DNA of 64,000 nucleotides from Azolla caroliniana (GCA_043228905.1 JBHGNT010000010.1:11966001-12030000); one strand, 5' to 3'. Shown: positions 24,691 through 40,095, counted from the stretch's first letter. A program made the numbers and translations. Notes: generated by a model from the letters alone, not told the origin.

Positions 24691-27600
24691 ATGATGATAG
24701 GCAGAGTGAGAAGATCTGATGATCCCATGGCTTTGGCAGATCCTCTCTAATTCTGTTATTTGATTTTCTTTTTATTATATCTATCTATTTACTTTTGTTT
24801 TCTCCTCTCACCCAAAAATCTAACTTTGTTGTCGTTCTTCTTCTTCTTCTTCTTCTTCTTCTGCAGCAACGGAGCTCGTTGTCGGGATCCAACCCTACCT
24901 CAGATCCACCATTCCTGCACGTCTCTGTATCAGACCCTGTCAAGCTTGGCAATGGCGTCCAGTCTTACATATCTTATCGCGTTGTTACTCAGGTACACGA
25001 ACAGGTGTTGGCTTCAAAATTTGCTTCTAAATGGAAACCAAGAAATAAACACAATTTTGTATCTGGATTCCGGAAAACTAGGAAATTCCAAAGGATTGAT
25101 TGTATGTAAGGTTTGGTTTACATCTGAGCTGCAGTTTTCGTGATTGATGTCCACTATAGCCAAATGCACATAATCCGTGCTCTTCTTATATCAGAAAACA
25201 CAGCATTAAGGTCTAGTTTTGTATTTCAGAGTAATTTATATGTGTGGATTCCATGGTCCATAAAAGAATATAGCACTTAATATATAGGTTTCTCATTTTC
25301 GAGTCAAAAATATTGAGTGCATTACATTCGAATATGCGTGAATGCCATTATGAGTCTGAGAAAAAAGATAGAGATTTCGCCCTGCTATAATGATTTGCGT
25401 TGAGAATCTAGCACTGAATAACGAGGTTGTTAGTTTTGAAGCCACATATATTGAGTGAATTATACTCAATATGTATGAGTACAATGGGTCAGAAAATGGA
25501 GAGATTTTTCGCGTTGCTATTATGATTTCGCACCACACAATATAGCTGCAAAACACCTAATTTGTACCTTTTTTAATTCACAGATTGTGAGTGGATTACT
25601 GATGTGGACATGTTTTCTCAGACAAATTTTCCTGAATACAATGGATCTGAGAAGGCAGTGATTCGGCGCTTCAATGATTTTGTATGGCTACATGAAAGAC
25701 TTGCAGAAAGATATAAGGGCATTTTCATACCACCGCTCCCTGAGAAAAGTGCTGTTGGTATGTAAGCTTCTGGTATCACCTTGCTGAACTTGTTTGCAGC
25801 TGTTTTCTTCCCATGTTTGATTAAATCTTACTGATATATATAAATTGCAGAGAAATTTCGATTCAGTGCTGAATTCATCGAGTTGCGGCAGAGAGCTCTG
25901 GATGTGTTTCTGAATCGAATTGCTAGTCATCCACATCTCCGTCTCAGCGAGGAGTTGAGAAGTTTTCTACAAGCAGATGAGGAAGTTTGGGTAAAACATT
26001 TTCATCTTCTTGTCATTTATTATTGAAATAAATTAAAAAACATTATTTCAACATATAATTGTTGCCCATTCCAATGATAGGGGTAGGATGAGCTTTTAGA
26101 GTAAAATAGAAATCATACATATATTTAAATACTCATTCAAATAAAAAACATCATCAAACTACATTTATAAAGATTTTACAAACTCAAAATGAATAATTTC
26201 CCGGCCTCCATATGCTCAACCAACATATCCTACACTACAAATTTTGGACTTGAAGAGTAAGAAGACTTGTGTCTAGAGCAAAGCCTTAAGGCGTTTTATC
26301 CTGATTTTGATACTCATGTCAAGGGTCTAGATGGCCAATTTATAGATATCTTATCTGGGCATGTTTGTATTAGCTTGCACCTGTTTTTTATTGTAGATTT
26401 TGGGTGCTATGAATTGGTAATGTTTTTTGGACAATTGTCTGCAATATAGTCATTAGATGCATTTAGAGAAGGAAGTTTTGATTCATGGATTTTGTCCTTT
26501 ACACATTTGTTTATTGCCATAAATTAGCAATTATATGCGATTATACTATGTTGTAGGCTGCAGAACGAGCAAGATCACAAGAAGGGGGCGTGTTCCAGAA
26601 AAAACCTGCAGATTTTATGCAAATGTTCAAAGTAAGAATGCATGCAAGCAGAAATATTAATCACTTGCAATTTCCATCACACTTATGGACATCGATTTTG
26701 TGTTAGCAGTAAAAGAGCTTTAAGTATTTTTCTTTAGTTTTTAACTCAAGTTTTGCTTAAATTACCTAGGCCTGTAAGTAAATAAAGGTAAGATGTCTAG
26801 TTATCTATGAGGCAGTGCATCTTGTGTATGAGATCCTAAATCGGAAATGCATTATTGACGCATCCCATGGCCATGGTTATGGAAAAGTGCTTATGTTGAT
26901 AAATTATTGCATGATCACTATTTATGTAGCATAAAAACTATGAAAACTGCTGATTGGACATACTTTCTCTGGTTTATAAATTGCAAAGTCAATGTTTTAC
27001 ATCTTGACTAGTAAGCACAAAAGTTAATAAATTCACTTGTAGGTTGAATATGTGTGTATGTTTTGCATATGTGTCATGGCACACCAGTGGGGCATTCATA
27101 GATTTGGCAGAAACAATGTTGGGAATGATTAAATATTTTCAAATCTTAAGTTCTGGATCTCATTAGAACGTTTGGTTTCTAATGCACTCCACATTTTAAT
27201 AGGCAAGGCCACCTCTTTGCCAAACACCATATCCCCCAATTGTAATATTCTTGTTATGTTATGGTTCTGCAATAATTGCATCCACTCCTGCTAGATGTAT
27301 TGTTGAATGATATTTAACACTTTTCTTGAAATTCTATCTTGAAAGAGAAATTACCTTCATTTATGTTTTGCTTTCTATAATTTTCTATTTTTAATCTCAA
27401 TCCCATTTTCTCTTGAGTTATCCAAGCTATATTTTATTTTCACTAGCTTTTATTTCTTTGTTATGTAGGGCATTGCATTCTCTTTCCATACTATGGGAGA
27501 GCATAGACAAGCATTACGACTAGAAATATTTTTGCTTTATGCAATTATTTAATAACTATTTACTTTAGTTCTAGTTTATTTAAATGTTTTCCTAAAAATT

Positions 27601-30600
27601 TTGAACTTGAGCAACACACCACTGCATAGCCAGTTGAAACTGTGGATGTCCACAAGTTCCTAGAGCGGAGGAGCCAAAGTTTGCAGTTCTTGGGATCGGC
27701 ATGTGATCTGTCCACTTGGCATTGCTTTTCAGTGTATTCGTGTAATCGTGACGTTGTGTCTCATGAAGTCACTTTAGGCTAGATCTTACATAGTCACTTA
27801 AAATTTTGAGATAGATAGATAAATAAGTGGACTAAGATATTATTTTTTAAGAGGTGACACTTTGGCAGGATGAGAGAGACATCTTTTTTCAGACAAACCT
27901 CTTTTTGTTGTAGGACTCGAAAATCATCTTTAGAGCTAGTGCGAAGTCATTTTAAGTGCTGAAATCTGCATATCCCATGCTTTCCTTTCACTGTGCTCAG
28001 TGCAAATTACCGTGGAAGATATAGATGTAGGTTTAGCTGCTTAAACTGCTGACTGTGTTTTTGGGTTTTTGGACTCTACATTATTGTATCTCATCCACTC
28101 TTTATTAATAAAGAAATATTGAAAAGGAGGACAGGTCTTTCAGGAGCAATCCAGTTTTCTAGACTTGAAATTAAGTCTCAGTGAGTCCAAAAACTTGAGA
28201 AGGTATTTTTGTGGCTATTACTTGAGATTGGGTTGTATATCTTGTCTATAGGAAGATGACCTCTTCAGACATGTTAGATTTGTTCTATTGAGTTAAATGG
28301 GCAGAACCTCACCGAGGGACAGCTTCAAGTCTTTCTAGGAAAATGTCTTACATATTTAGAGCTGATATATGTTTTCTTTTGTTGATATTATGCTTTTGTT
28401 AGTTATTAAAAGCGGTGTTGATTTGCCAGCCCTTCATGTATTCACGCCTCTTAGTTTTCTGGCCAGCCCTTAGCCTGAGTTCGAACTCACAAACTGTGTT
28501 ACCTGTCAAAGAGCGTATGTGCCAATGTTTGGCCCCAAGATCTGAAATTGTTGTGCTTTACTGACACTATTTTCTAAACCCTGCCAACATTCGGAATCTG
28601 TCACAGGGAAACATAAGTTATTAAAAAATTTCCTTTATCTGTAGATGCGCTGATCTCATCACCATAAAATTCATTTTCAGGTTATACCTATGGTGGCTCC
28701 TTTGTAATCTCTCATTATGTCTTTAAGTTGGAACTTGGCATCCTTGTGTTGTTTTGCTTCATGCTTAAATTAAATATCAATGCCACTCCTCGTATACTAT
28801 TGTTTCACCCTAAGATTATTTAGATCTTATATTAAAGATCTATGTGTACTCTTTTGTAACTCCACATCTCAAAGTTAACTTCCTTTTTATGCCGATTGTA
28901 TATAACCATATGCTTGACACAGGATGTGCAAACAAAAGTCACTGATATTGTGCTTGGGAAAGATAAACCTATTGAAGAATCAGACCCTGATTATGAGAAG
29001 CTTAAACACTACATCTTTGAACTCGAGGATCATCTGACAGAAGCACAAAAGCAATCCTTTCGACTTGCCAAGCGCCACAGAGGTTCGTTTTTGTACAACA
29101 GGTTTGTTCATTTTGAAAAGCTCCAAGTCTCAACTATATTAATTGTCTGCATTTGGCATTTTCCTGGGGATTCTCATATATTTCAGAGCTAGGCCAGGCA
29201 CTTGTGGACTTTGGGAAGGCAATTAAAGATTTAGGAAGTTGTGAGGATGCACAGCTTCAGAAGGCATTTTCTGAACTGGGATCACAAGCTGAATTGCTTT
29301 CCTATAAGCAACAAAAACAGGTAGGGTTTCCTTTTCTTATGTCAGAAAGCTGCAAACATTGCTTGTTTTATGTTGATATTGGCATACCATATAATTAGAC
29401 AAACAGATGCTTTTGGACGAAGGATGAGGGTTTCAGGAACTCTAATTTTTATTTCTAATTTGTTTGGCCCCTTCTATGATGGTCTGGAATATTGAGATAA
29501 TAATTTTGAGGAGAGGGGGAATGCACAAGCTATCTAGTCATGGAATCTACCTTATGAAATGAGGATAATGTAGGTACTTGTTATTGCAGGGCCAAGATTT
29601 GTTAATGAAATTTGAAGAGCCATTGAAGGAATATGTACGCACTGTACAGGCAATCAAGGTAATCTCAGGTTTGATAAATTGAACCTTAATAAATCTAAGT
29701 TCATGGTGATGCTGTTGGTGTGCTTACAAACGAGAGAAAGGAAGATATACTAATGTCATATGGCCAAAATTTCAAGAAGGGTAAAATTGAAGGTACAAGA
29801 TGTTGGTTCCTAACAGTCTGAAGGAAGATGCACAAGGGGGAGGGATGTAGAGTCTGTTATTGACATAGCCATTGTGTTTGCGCTGGTTGCATATAGTTTA
29901 CCTTTTTAGTTCAGAAAAGGAACAATTAAATAACCATGACGTGTTTGCATGGGTTGCATATATTATTATCAACGCATTTCTGGAAAGTAACAACCACTAA
30001 AGATTTTTGTGAGGTCTGATAAAGTTAATGGTGTTTCAGGTGAAGGTTGCTAATCTGAGTCTCTTTTTTAGACTGTTATTGCAGATCGTGCACTTGCTTT
30101 TAAGCAACAAAAGGAGCTCACGGAATCAGCCAAATTGAAGGAGCTAAACCTGTAAGTGAGAAAGAAAATTATTCTTACTTTCTTTTTGTCATCTTTTCAC
30201 ATTCGAAATAATGACTTACACATGCATACGATCTGGTGCAGAGAAAAGCTAAGATTTGTTCGGCCTGAGAAGGTACCAGAAGCTGAGGCAGACTACAAGG
30301 AGGTCGGTTGGCAGTACTTTTTTTGTGCCTGGTACTAGATACATATTTTGGGGACTGATAATGACCTTTTATTGAGGAAACCTTGTATCTATGCAGACAA
30401 GGATTCAGAGTGAGGAAGCCCACAAGCGCTTTGAGAAGATTGTGAAGGTAATGCAACAAGAGATGGTTCGATTCCAAGAGCAAAGAACTCAAGATCTGAG
30501 TGCGGTTTTCTATGAGTTTGCTCGGATGCAAGCACAATTGGCTAATGATACTGCAGATGCATGGCGTACACTCCTCCCAAAACTTGAAAATTGTGATCTT

Positions 30601-30624
30601 CAAAGTGGTGATGTTGCAAGCTGA
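24691..30624 (+). CDS. SNX1: Sorting nexin 1 (PX-BAR protein), 11 coding exons, 407 aa
   Basis: Exons 24691-24705, 24867-24992, 25622-25757, 25851-25990, 26557-26631, 28923-29082, 29187-29320, 29590-29658, 30072-30151, 30242-30302, 30397-30624. All introns GT-AG; 1224 nt in frame. Plant SNX1 motifs VSVSDPVKLGNGVQSYISYRV, IRRFNDFVWL, GIFIPPLPEKSAVEKFRFSAEFIE, KKPADFMQMFKDVQ, YEKLKHYIFELE, ADAWRTLLPKLE. Confidence 0.96.
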
Positions 30625-32760
30625 GATACTGGGACTCTGTAATATTGGGTACCTCGTGTTTTGCTCTGTTTCTATCTAGATAGTAGAGCATCGCATGTGA
30701 TGTGCTGCCTCCTTGGCCATGACGTCTTGGTTGCCAGATGTAACACACATATATATAGTCTGAATCATATACCTTGAAAACAATGTTTTGAAGCACTATT
30801 TTAAATTGGGGTTTATGCTTCTATCTGGATTCTGTACAATGGATAATGTCATCACATTCCAACAAACTTACAAATGTGTTCAAATAGAGTTTTTCACATG
30901 TCTTTCGTGACAATTCATTGTCTTAAAACTCTTCTTCTCTCTGGTGAGGTGATCTTTTTTTGTACCAGGATTGAAAGTGATTATGTTGTAAAAGCTCTAT
31001 GTTACAACTAAGATATTTTGGTCATGACTGCTGTGATCATCTCCCTTTCTATTTTGGTTTTGAAGCATTACCACATGGACATTCTTTTCTTACTCAGCAA
31101 GATTGTGCACTCAAAAGGAATGGACATGGCCATGCCTAATTAATCTCACAAGGGTATCTCCCTTGGTCATCTTCATTTGGTATTTGCTAATAAGGCAGGG
31201 TGACGTGGCAATGCCATTAATTCAGCAACCTCCTTTTACAGCATATTGGTTGGCCAAACATTAATGGACTCCCTTTATAATGTGTTATAAGGCATTATTT
31301 TATGTTTATGTGCTGTCACCAATTTATTGTCATTTAAATCATGTTATGCATTACCAAAACTCTTGAAGCTTGTCATTCTATATTTAAAAAGGAAATTTGT
31401 TTAGAAGAAAACAAACATATTCAAAGCTAACCGTGTATTTGCAATGAATGCCTCATTATTAAATGGATATGCCAACGGTTGCACAAATGGATGCATTGTG
31501 GAGGACATCACGAGATGCAAAAATGCATGGATCAAGGAACACATTGGAGACTAGAATGTTGTTAGAGGTTAAATGACAATGTGTTGACTGTGAGGTTGGA
31601 GACCTTAGGGCAAGCAAGGATGTATGCTAAGATATTCTGTCCCACAAGAGGAGTGACAATGGGATTAGTTAAGATGCGTGTCTATTATGTTATTGGTAGG
31701 AGAATGTTCATGGAACAAAGACGTTTGATGAAGATGTTGTGATAAATACACTTTTATTGTGATTGTTTTCTAGTTTTTTGATAGAGGGGTGATATTTTTT
31801 TTACTAGAAGAAATCCAACAACATATTGGCTAAAACTATGGTTGTGTGGGCTATTGCAAGAGACATGTGTGGAAGATGTTTATGCACGCTCATGTTTCTA
31901 GAGGTACTTCTAACTTCTAAGCTCGCATGAACAAAAGGATAACAATTCGGTTTGAGTCGTACATCCAAACCACGAAAAAGTGACTTAATGACTTACTGAT
32001 GTAATTGATTTGGTTTGGCTTAATTCAATTCAAGTTTGAAAATTTGCAAATGGTTGGTTTGGCTTGGGAGTTCAAAAGTTGGGTCTCGTTCAATTTGAAC
32101 CTTTTGTTACGCCCCTAGTTTATGGGGGTCTTTAAACACACATAAAACATGATTGGGACACAAGAAATTGGGACACACAAGAGGATGTATATTATATCAA
32201 AGAGAAAAGCTTACAATACTCCCAAATTGGGACAAACAAAAAACAAGGTTGGGATGAGTCAAGACTGACTCGAGATGAATTGAGGAGGTACGGGTTCGTC
32301 TCATGTTGTTGCTAGGGGGTGGTTGGGTGTTTTGGCACCCCTTTTTCCTTTCTGTGATCTATAATTCCTTATCTTTTGCTTAATTAAGTAGTTAGACTCT
32401 AACAATGACAGGGTGGGATGTCAATTCTTGCACAAAGAAATGTTGGTCTAGTTCAACATCATCAATCTTCACTTTCATATTAGGGCAAGCTCAATGAAGT
32501 TCCACCCTATCATTGCTTCAACCCTTTGTTTGGCTCCATTAGCCTCATCCACTAAGAGCTTCTCCATCCCAATATAGTCCAAAATAATCTGCCTGAATTC
32601 TCCTTCTTCCCAGCCTTGGCCCCTTGTATTATGACCAACTTGAACTCTAGATGACATGGAATAATAAATGTTATGCACATTCCTTCCTTACACGATCAAA
32701 GTTGGTGCCTAGAGGCCGTCATGTTTCCAATGAATGGATTCGATTGTTGGAAAAGTATAT

Positions 32761-35700
32761 TGATAGTGAGAAAAGGCCAAAAACGTAATTTCTTACTATT
32801 AGTGCATAGGTATAAAAGTAAACAGAAACGAGGGTTTCGTGTGTGCCCCCACCCCCCCAAAAAAAAGTTGTTTTTGTATTTATTTTTTTCTCTTTTTGTG
32901 CTGTCTTTTGTGTGTGTTGTTTGCCATTTCTCTGCAGGAAAAAACAGCAACTCGTCCGCCTCCATCGTTCCTCTCCAATAGTGGTATCAGAGCGCAAGAC
33001 TTTGTGAAGACTGTGTGTGTGGCAAAAAGCATCCGACTTCTCTGTTTTTTATCCCTTTGTGAATGCTATTTTTCAGGAACTCAACAAAGGTAATATCTAG
33101 TACATGTTTCTGTATGAACATTTTTTTTTTCGTGCCAATTTTTTGGGGAAAAATAGACCTTTGGTGAAAGGTAGAAATAGAGAGGACTCACTATTTCTAG
33201 TATACAAAAGAGAGGATATACACGTAAAAACTTGTATTTGGTTTTTTCAATGCTTGCTAACTTGATGTGAGATTGTGATGTTGAAGTTACGTCTTAGTTA
33301 CATTCCTTCTGCATTGGCTAATATAAGAGTGAGGTGTTGTTCTCAGTCGAACACACATACCTACCCTAGAACACGGTGATAGTTGTACCTGAGACCATGT
33401 AGTGAGTAGTGTCTCAACTATCATTAGGTGCTTAGATTTGGAATTGACTAAGTTTACCTACCACCCAAATGGCCTCTGAAATGTCCGAGGTTTCAAGTAC
33501 ATCACGCGGTGGTTCCTTTAATTCCCATAGGAATCACTCTATGAGTGGAAAAGACCACCTTGAGATCCGTAAATTTGACGGATCCAACTTTGCCTTGTGG
33601 AAGAATCAGATGAGAGATGTCCTGATTCAAAGAAGGCAATTAAGACCATTAAGTGGTGAAGCCAAGAGACCTGAGGGCATGACCAAGGACGATTGGGAAG
33701 AGCTCGATCTCTTGGCAATGTGTACCATAAGACTGCACCTAGCTGACAAAGTGTATTTCATGGTCTTGGACTGTGACTCAACTGAAAAGTTATGGACTAA
33801 ACTATGCAATACATACGAAAAAGAGACCGCATCAAACAAAGTTTATCTAATGAGAAAACTTTATGATCTTCGAATGAAGGACAATGACAGTGTCGCCTCT
33901 CATTTTAATGATTTTGATGCATTCATTATGGTCACAATTACTAGCTTAGAAAATGATTTTGGATGATGAGCTAAAATGTGTATTTTTGTTATGCACTTTG
34001 CCTAGCTCATGGGACACTTTTTGTACCACTATTAGTGCTAGTGCACCAAATGGGAAATTAGTCTATAATGACATATGTGGAGCACTTTTGGGTGAAGAAA
34101 TTCGTAGAAAATCTATGATTGCATCACATAATGGAGATGCATATAATGTTTCTGATGTTGGTCCTCGCAAGAACCAACACCGTGGTAGGAGCCAAACAAG
34201 AAATAGTAGTGGAAATGATAGAGGTAGAAGCAAATCTAGGAAGAAAAATATGGAGTGTCATTACTGTCATAAAAAGGGACACCTTAAGAAAGATTGTTAT
34301 GCCCTAAAAACTAAGGAGAAAGATAATGCTAGAGGGCATGGTAGACAATCGAGTGGTTCCTATTCCTCGGTGGAAATAGAGGAAGTAAATGCAACATGTG
34401 ATGAGACGGACATCTTGGTCTTAGATGATGTTAGCACACATGTTGGGGTTAACACGGTCTTTTCCCCATCACATACGTCGTTGTTGGACTCCAGTGCATC
34501 ATTTCATGTGACTCCACATAGAGAGTGGTTCACATGTTATGAAGCCAAATCACTTGGGAAAGTTCGACTTGGAGACTCACATCAGTGTGACGTGATTGGC
34601 ATTGGAGATATCTCAATGCATTTTAGTGATGGTTCTCATCTCACGATTAAAGATGTATGCCATGTTCCTCAACTAACTCGTAGTTTGATTTCTGTTGGTC
34701 AGCTTGATGACAACGGATATAAGGTGATATTTGCTTCTCAATTCTTTCGTATAACGAAAGGAAATATGATTGTTGCAAAAGGGAACAAAGTTGGTTCCCT
34801 CTACCCTCTATTTGTTCATAAAAAAGAACACTTGTTGGATGTCACAGACCAGCCAATGACGAGCATTTGGCATGGTCGTTTAGGCCACATGTCAAGAAAT
34901 GGCATGGAAATCCTATCTCGTTATGGCCACTTACCTAAGTTTTCATTCTCTGATTTTTCCTTATGTGAGCATTGTCAACATGGTAAGCAAACTAGAAGTG
35001 CACATAAGACCAATGTTAACTCATCCACTAAACCATTGGATCTTGTCCACACGGATGTTTGTGGACCTATGCCCACAAGATCTTTGGGTGGTGCACTATA
35101 TTTTGTTACTTTCATTGATGATACCACTAGGAAAGTTTGGGCTTATCCAATTAAGGGAAAGGATGATGTATACCCCACTTTCAGAAAATGGCTTAGTTCG
35201 GTTGAGCTGGAAAAGGACATAAAGCTTAAGGTTTTACGTTCGGACAATGGAGGTGAGTATACCTCTCACAAATTTGATGACTTTTGTAAGTCTAGAGGCA
35301 TTCAGAGAGAGTTTACAGCTCCTTACACCCCTATCCAAAATGGTGTGGCTGAGAGGATGAATAGAACCATCCAGGACAAAGTTGTCTCTATGCTACACCA
35401 TGCAAACCTCTCGCAAGGTTTTTGGGCAGAAGCTGTTTTAACATCAGTCCATGTGATTAATCTATCACCGAACACAGCCATAGGTCTAAAAGTGGCACAA
35501 GAGTTGTGGACAGGCAAGACACCTCATTATGCTCATCTTAGAGTCTTTGGATGCGAAGCATATGTACACATTCCAAAAACTTTAAGAAAGAAATTAGACT
35601 ATAAATGCAGAAAATGTATATTCCTTGGTTACGGAATTGATGGGAAGTTTGGATATCGCTTATGGGATCCTGACACACGTACTGTGGTCAGAAGTAGTGA

Positions 35701-37953
35701 TGTTGTTTTTTATGAGAACAAAATGCATAAACAGTCCATAAAGGAGGTAGAAGTGAGAAAGGTTGCATTTAAAGATATTACGCCTTTTGTTGATGTAAAA
35801 CAGAAAAATCTTACTGATGTAGATGATTCTACATGTGGGCAGTCACAAAAAACTGTTATTGGTCAGGATGAAGATGCCCAAAATGATGATGCTCAGCACA
35901 ATGATGTTCAAAATGATGTTTTTTAGCAAGAATATGCTCATAATGATAATGCTCAGAATGATGTTTCTCATGCACAACCTGATGGTATTCAGGTTCAAGA
36001 ATCATTGAGGAGATCTATGTGTGTCTCCAAAGCACCTAGTAAGTTTGTTGATTATGTAATGCTAACAGATGTCGGTGAGCCTTCATGTTACAATGAAGCC
36101 ATATATGTTCATGACCATGCTAAATGGAAACAAGCCATGCAAAATGAGTTGGACAGTATCCATAAGAATGGAACTTGGGATTTAGTGCCTTTGCCAAAGG
36201 ACAGGAAAGCATTGCCATGCAAGTGGGTATATAAGTACAAGTATACATCTTATAGTGTTTCCCCAAAGTACAAAGCACGCTTGGTAGCCAAAGGTTTCAA
36301 GCAAGAACATGGAATTGATTTTGATGAAACCTTCTCCCATGTAGTTAAGATGACTACATTACGTATGTTACTTTCATTGGCTGCAAATCAGAATTTGGAA
36401 TTAGTCCAAATGGATGTGAAGATTGCCTTCTTACATGGGGACCTTGATGAGGATGTTTATATGGAACAACTAGAAGGTCATGAAGTATCGAGAAAAGAAC
36501 ATTTGGTATGTAAACTCAAGAAGAGTTTGGATGGGCTTAAGCAGTCCCCTAGGTTATGGTACCAGAAATTCGATGATTTTATGAAGACTCAAGGATATAT
36601 TAGAATCAATGAGGATGCATGTCTTTATAAAAAAAATGTTCAGATGGGAGTTTTATCACATTGATATTATATGTTGATGACATGCTTATTGTTGATAAAA
36701 ACAAGGATGAGTTATCCTCGATAAAGAAAAACTTGGGCCAGAATTTTGACATGAAGGATTTGGGAGATGCAAAACATATTCTTGGTATGCGTATCACTCG
36801 TGATATGAGTAAGCGATGCATTTACTTATCTCAGGCTGAGTATATATCGAAAGTGCTCAAGAGGTTTAATATGGAGAATGCAAAGCTATTGAGCACTCCT
36901 TTGCCTACATATGTAAAACTGAGCACATGTGATTGCCCCACATCTAATGAGGAAAAGAAATTTATGTCCAAGGTTCCTTATCAATCCGCAGTTGGGAGTC
37001 TTACGTACGCTATGATAGCGACCAAGCCAGACATTGCTTTCGCAATGGGGGCTGTGAGCAGATTTATGTCAAATCCTGGTAATAAACATTGGGAGGCAAT
37101 TAAACTTATACTAAGATATCTGTGTGGCACTACGAATAGGTGTATATGTTTAGGTGGTGGAAATGTATCCATCATTGGATATACAAACTCTGATTATGCT
37201 GGCTGTTCTGACAGCAGAAAATCCACTTCAGGATACATTTTTCAGTTTATGGGAGGTGCGATATCTTGGAGATCTCGTCTCCAAAAATGTATTGCTCTGT
37301 CCACTACAGAAGCAGAGTATGTAGCAGCTAGCGAAGCATGTAAGGAAGTCGTATGGCTGTCCCGATTAGCTTGTGACATGGGCATATCTAAGCTTGTACC
37401 CATACTATTTTGTGATAGTCAGAGTGTCTTTGCATTGGCTAAAAACCTAGTATACCATGCAAAGACCAAGCACATTGGAGTGAGATATCACTTCATTCGA
37501 GAATGCATAGTTGCTGGCTACATCAGTCTTGAGAAAGTTGTCTCTCAAGAAAATGTCGCAGATGCATTGACCAAAGCTCTACCGCATGAAGCACTAGAGC
37601 ATTTATGCCACTTGATGGGAATTACTTAGGTCATGAGGTTACACATTGTTTTTGTATATTGTGTAACATACTCATCAAGTAGGATGTGTAGGTCTTGTTC
37701 AATCTTCCCATCAGCGCTATTGATCCCTTGTTTGGCCTTTAGTGGGAGATTGATACTGAGAAAAGGCCAAAAACGTAATTTCTTACTATTAGTGCATATG
37801 TATAAAAGTAAATAGAAACAAGGGTTTCGAGTGTGCCCCCCCCCAAAAAAAAATTGTTTTTGTATTTTTATTTTCTCTTTCTGTGTGTGTTGTTCAGCAT
37901 TTCTCTACAGGAAAAAACAGCAACTCATCTGCCTCCATCATTCCTCTCCAACA
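32761..37953 (+). mobile_element. Full-length Ty1/Copia element I (Tnt1/Tork-like gag), short LTRs
   Basis: LTRs 32761-32980 and 37751-37953, PBS TGGTATCAGAGC at 32982, PPT AGTGGGAGAT at 37741, TSD TATAT/TAAAT (1 mismatch). Confidence 0.92.
33469..37629 (+). pseudogene. Copia gag-pol polyprotein with 2 frameshifts and 1 stop
   Basis: [77 protein letters not shown] across ORFs 33469, 33953, 36005 and 36661. Confidence 0.92.
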
Positions 37954-38074
37954 TAAATGATGTGAAGCCGAAGAGAATTTTGGAAATCCACACAATACCT
38001 TTATTGATGATCCAAAGAATCATACCAAATACATCTATGGGCCAATTAAGGTCGATGATCTAGGCGATTTCATC

Positions 38075-38960
38075 CCTCATCCCTCCTAGCTTGGGCAATT
38101 TTCCGATCTCCGATCATGTTTGTGAGTTCATCAATGGTTGTCCCACCAATTGGCCCTTCAACCACCTCATCCCTCCTAGCTTGGGAATTTTCAGATCTCA
38201 GATCATGTCTGTGAGTTCGTCGATGGTTGTCCCACCAATTGGCCATTCAACCACCTCATTCCTTGGCCTTGTTACCGCTTTGCGGTGCATTCCTTTCTAT
38301 CTAAAATTCTTCGTTCAATTGGGGCTATGGTATACTAAGTTGGCCCGTTGTCCCATTGGCGACGCTTGTCAAAGTACCCAAATGCTCTCTTTACCACGGG
38401 CCAATCCGTAATAAGACCATCTACAACCCCTAGGTATCGGGTCACATCATTGCCATTGACGCGACCATTCAATGCATCCACAATCTTTTCAATGGACTTG
38501 TCAAGGCATGTGGTGTTGTGTCTCTCGTGAAGCATGTGTTCCATCATCATGGTCACCACTCGAGCCAAATTGTCACTTGATTCACTAGCACTCAATTCAC
38601 AACCATCCTCCCTTGCCATTCTTTCATGTCAGGTTCACCAAATTTATGTCGCAAAGTTACGTGCATGCATGTGAAATATGAGTAGGACCACTGGGGACTT
38701 GAATAAGAGAGGATGGGTTAGCAAACCTTCGTGGGTATGATGCTCAAGGTTGCAAAGCGCACACACTTGTTTGGATGTGGGCGAAGTTTGTTCGAAGGTT
38801 AGCGAATGCACTTGTAATTATTGTAATATTTTTTTATTATTACTATTATCATTTTATACTATTATCGTTATTATTATTTTTCTTGTTGCTATTATTATTA
38901 TTATTATTGATTTATTTCTATTTATCTATTTATTATTGTTTATTGATTGATTTAATTTTA
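38075..38960 (-). mobile_element. Remnant of a Trp-primed element: LTR end, PBS, gag N-terminus homologous to H, tandem duplication of about 89 bp
   Basis: Minus strand ...TTGCGACA (38647), then TGGTGAACCTGACATGAA. ORF MMMEHMLHE...NGRVNGNDVTRYL resembles H MMMFERMLQE...NGQFNGNDLSRYL. Confidence 0.7.
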
Positions 38961-39800
38961 TTATTGCACCTCAATGTGCTTTGACCTTGCGTGAAACATA
39001 GGATTTTTCGCCAAGTATATACTTGACATATTATCACTTAATAGCACAAACCTATCATGATGTACCTGTAAATCTGATAATAAGTTATTCAACCATACTA
39101 CTTCACATGTTGCATGAGATAGTGCTTTATACTCTCCTTCAGTCGATGATAGAGCTACTGTGGGTTGCTTTTTGGAACTCCTTGAAACTGCCTTACCACC
39201 TAACATAAAACAAAACCAGAAGTACTCCTTCTATTATAAGGAGAGCTTGCCCAATTGGCATCACAATATCCTTTTGGTGTTAAATCATCATCGTATGCAT
39301 AAAATAAACCATAATTTAATGTACCTTTCAGATATCTCAATACCTTTCTACAAGCATTTAAATGTATATCCGTTGGTTCCTACATAAACTGAGATAGTAG
39401 ACCTACTGTGTATATAATGTCTAGACGTGTGATTGTAGCATATAACAATGATCCAACTATGCTTGTATACATTTGCACATTTTGTATTTTGTTACCAACA
39501 ACTCGGTGATATTTTGCATTTGCATCTAAAGGTAGTTGTAATGGTTTACAACTCAACGTGCCATATTTTTTCAACAAATCTAAAACATATTTTCGTTGAA
39601 TCAAATGCATGCCAACATCTATTTTCACAACTTTGATTACTAAGAAAAATTTGAGTTGACCTAAATCAAAAATTTTGAATCTCAATTTTAGCAATGATTT
39701 TACCTCTTTGATTCTAGTGTGGTTATTGCATGTAATAATCAAATCATCCACACAGATACAAATGATTACCATTTCTTTTCCATTGTGCTTGACAAACAAT
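38961..39800 (-). pseudogene. Copia RT / RNase H fragment
   Basis: ICVDDLII, YTSIVGSLLYATITRLDI, SKKQPTVALSSTEGEY, KNPMFHARSKHIEV. Confidence 0.85.
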
Positions 39801-39801
39801 G

Positions 39802-40031
39802 TGTTGGGAAAACAGGTCCCTCTGAATGGGAAGGAGAGCACGAGCCGGATTGACAGCCAGATCAGAAGGAAAAGCAAATGCGGAGAGGCATGCGGAAATG
39901 GCTATATTTGTAAATAGGTTTCGTTGCACCTATTTAGGCCAGATTTGTAAATAGTCCTAAGTTATATAAGTATAAAGATAACTAGAGCAAAACGTTATGT
40001 ATGGAAAGATAGTAGAGTTTTTTACTATGTA

Positions 40032-40095
<64 letters not shown>

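Noticed and set aside
26632-28922. miRNA or snoRNA in the 2.3-kb SNX1 intron 5
   Set aside because: Only short imperfect hairpins and an isolated GAGTTCGAACTC; no recognisable family signature.
35868-35965. (N/D)DAQN-type 15-bp repeats as a novel domain
   Set aside because: Low-complexity expansion in the variable integrase-RT linker, common in Copia elements.
40034-40092. ORFs built on microsatellites (also 19384-19403, 38820-38950, 49232-49310)
   Set aside because: Simple-sequence repeats inside LTRs; their translations are artefacts.
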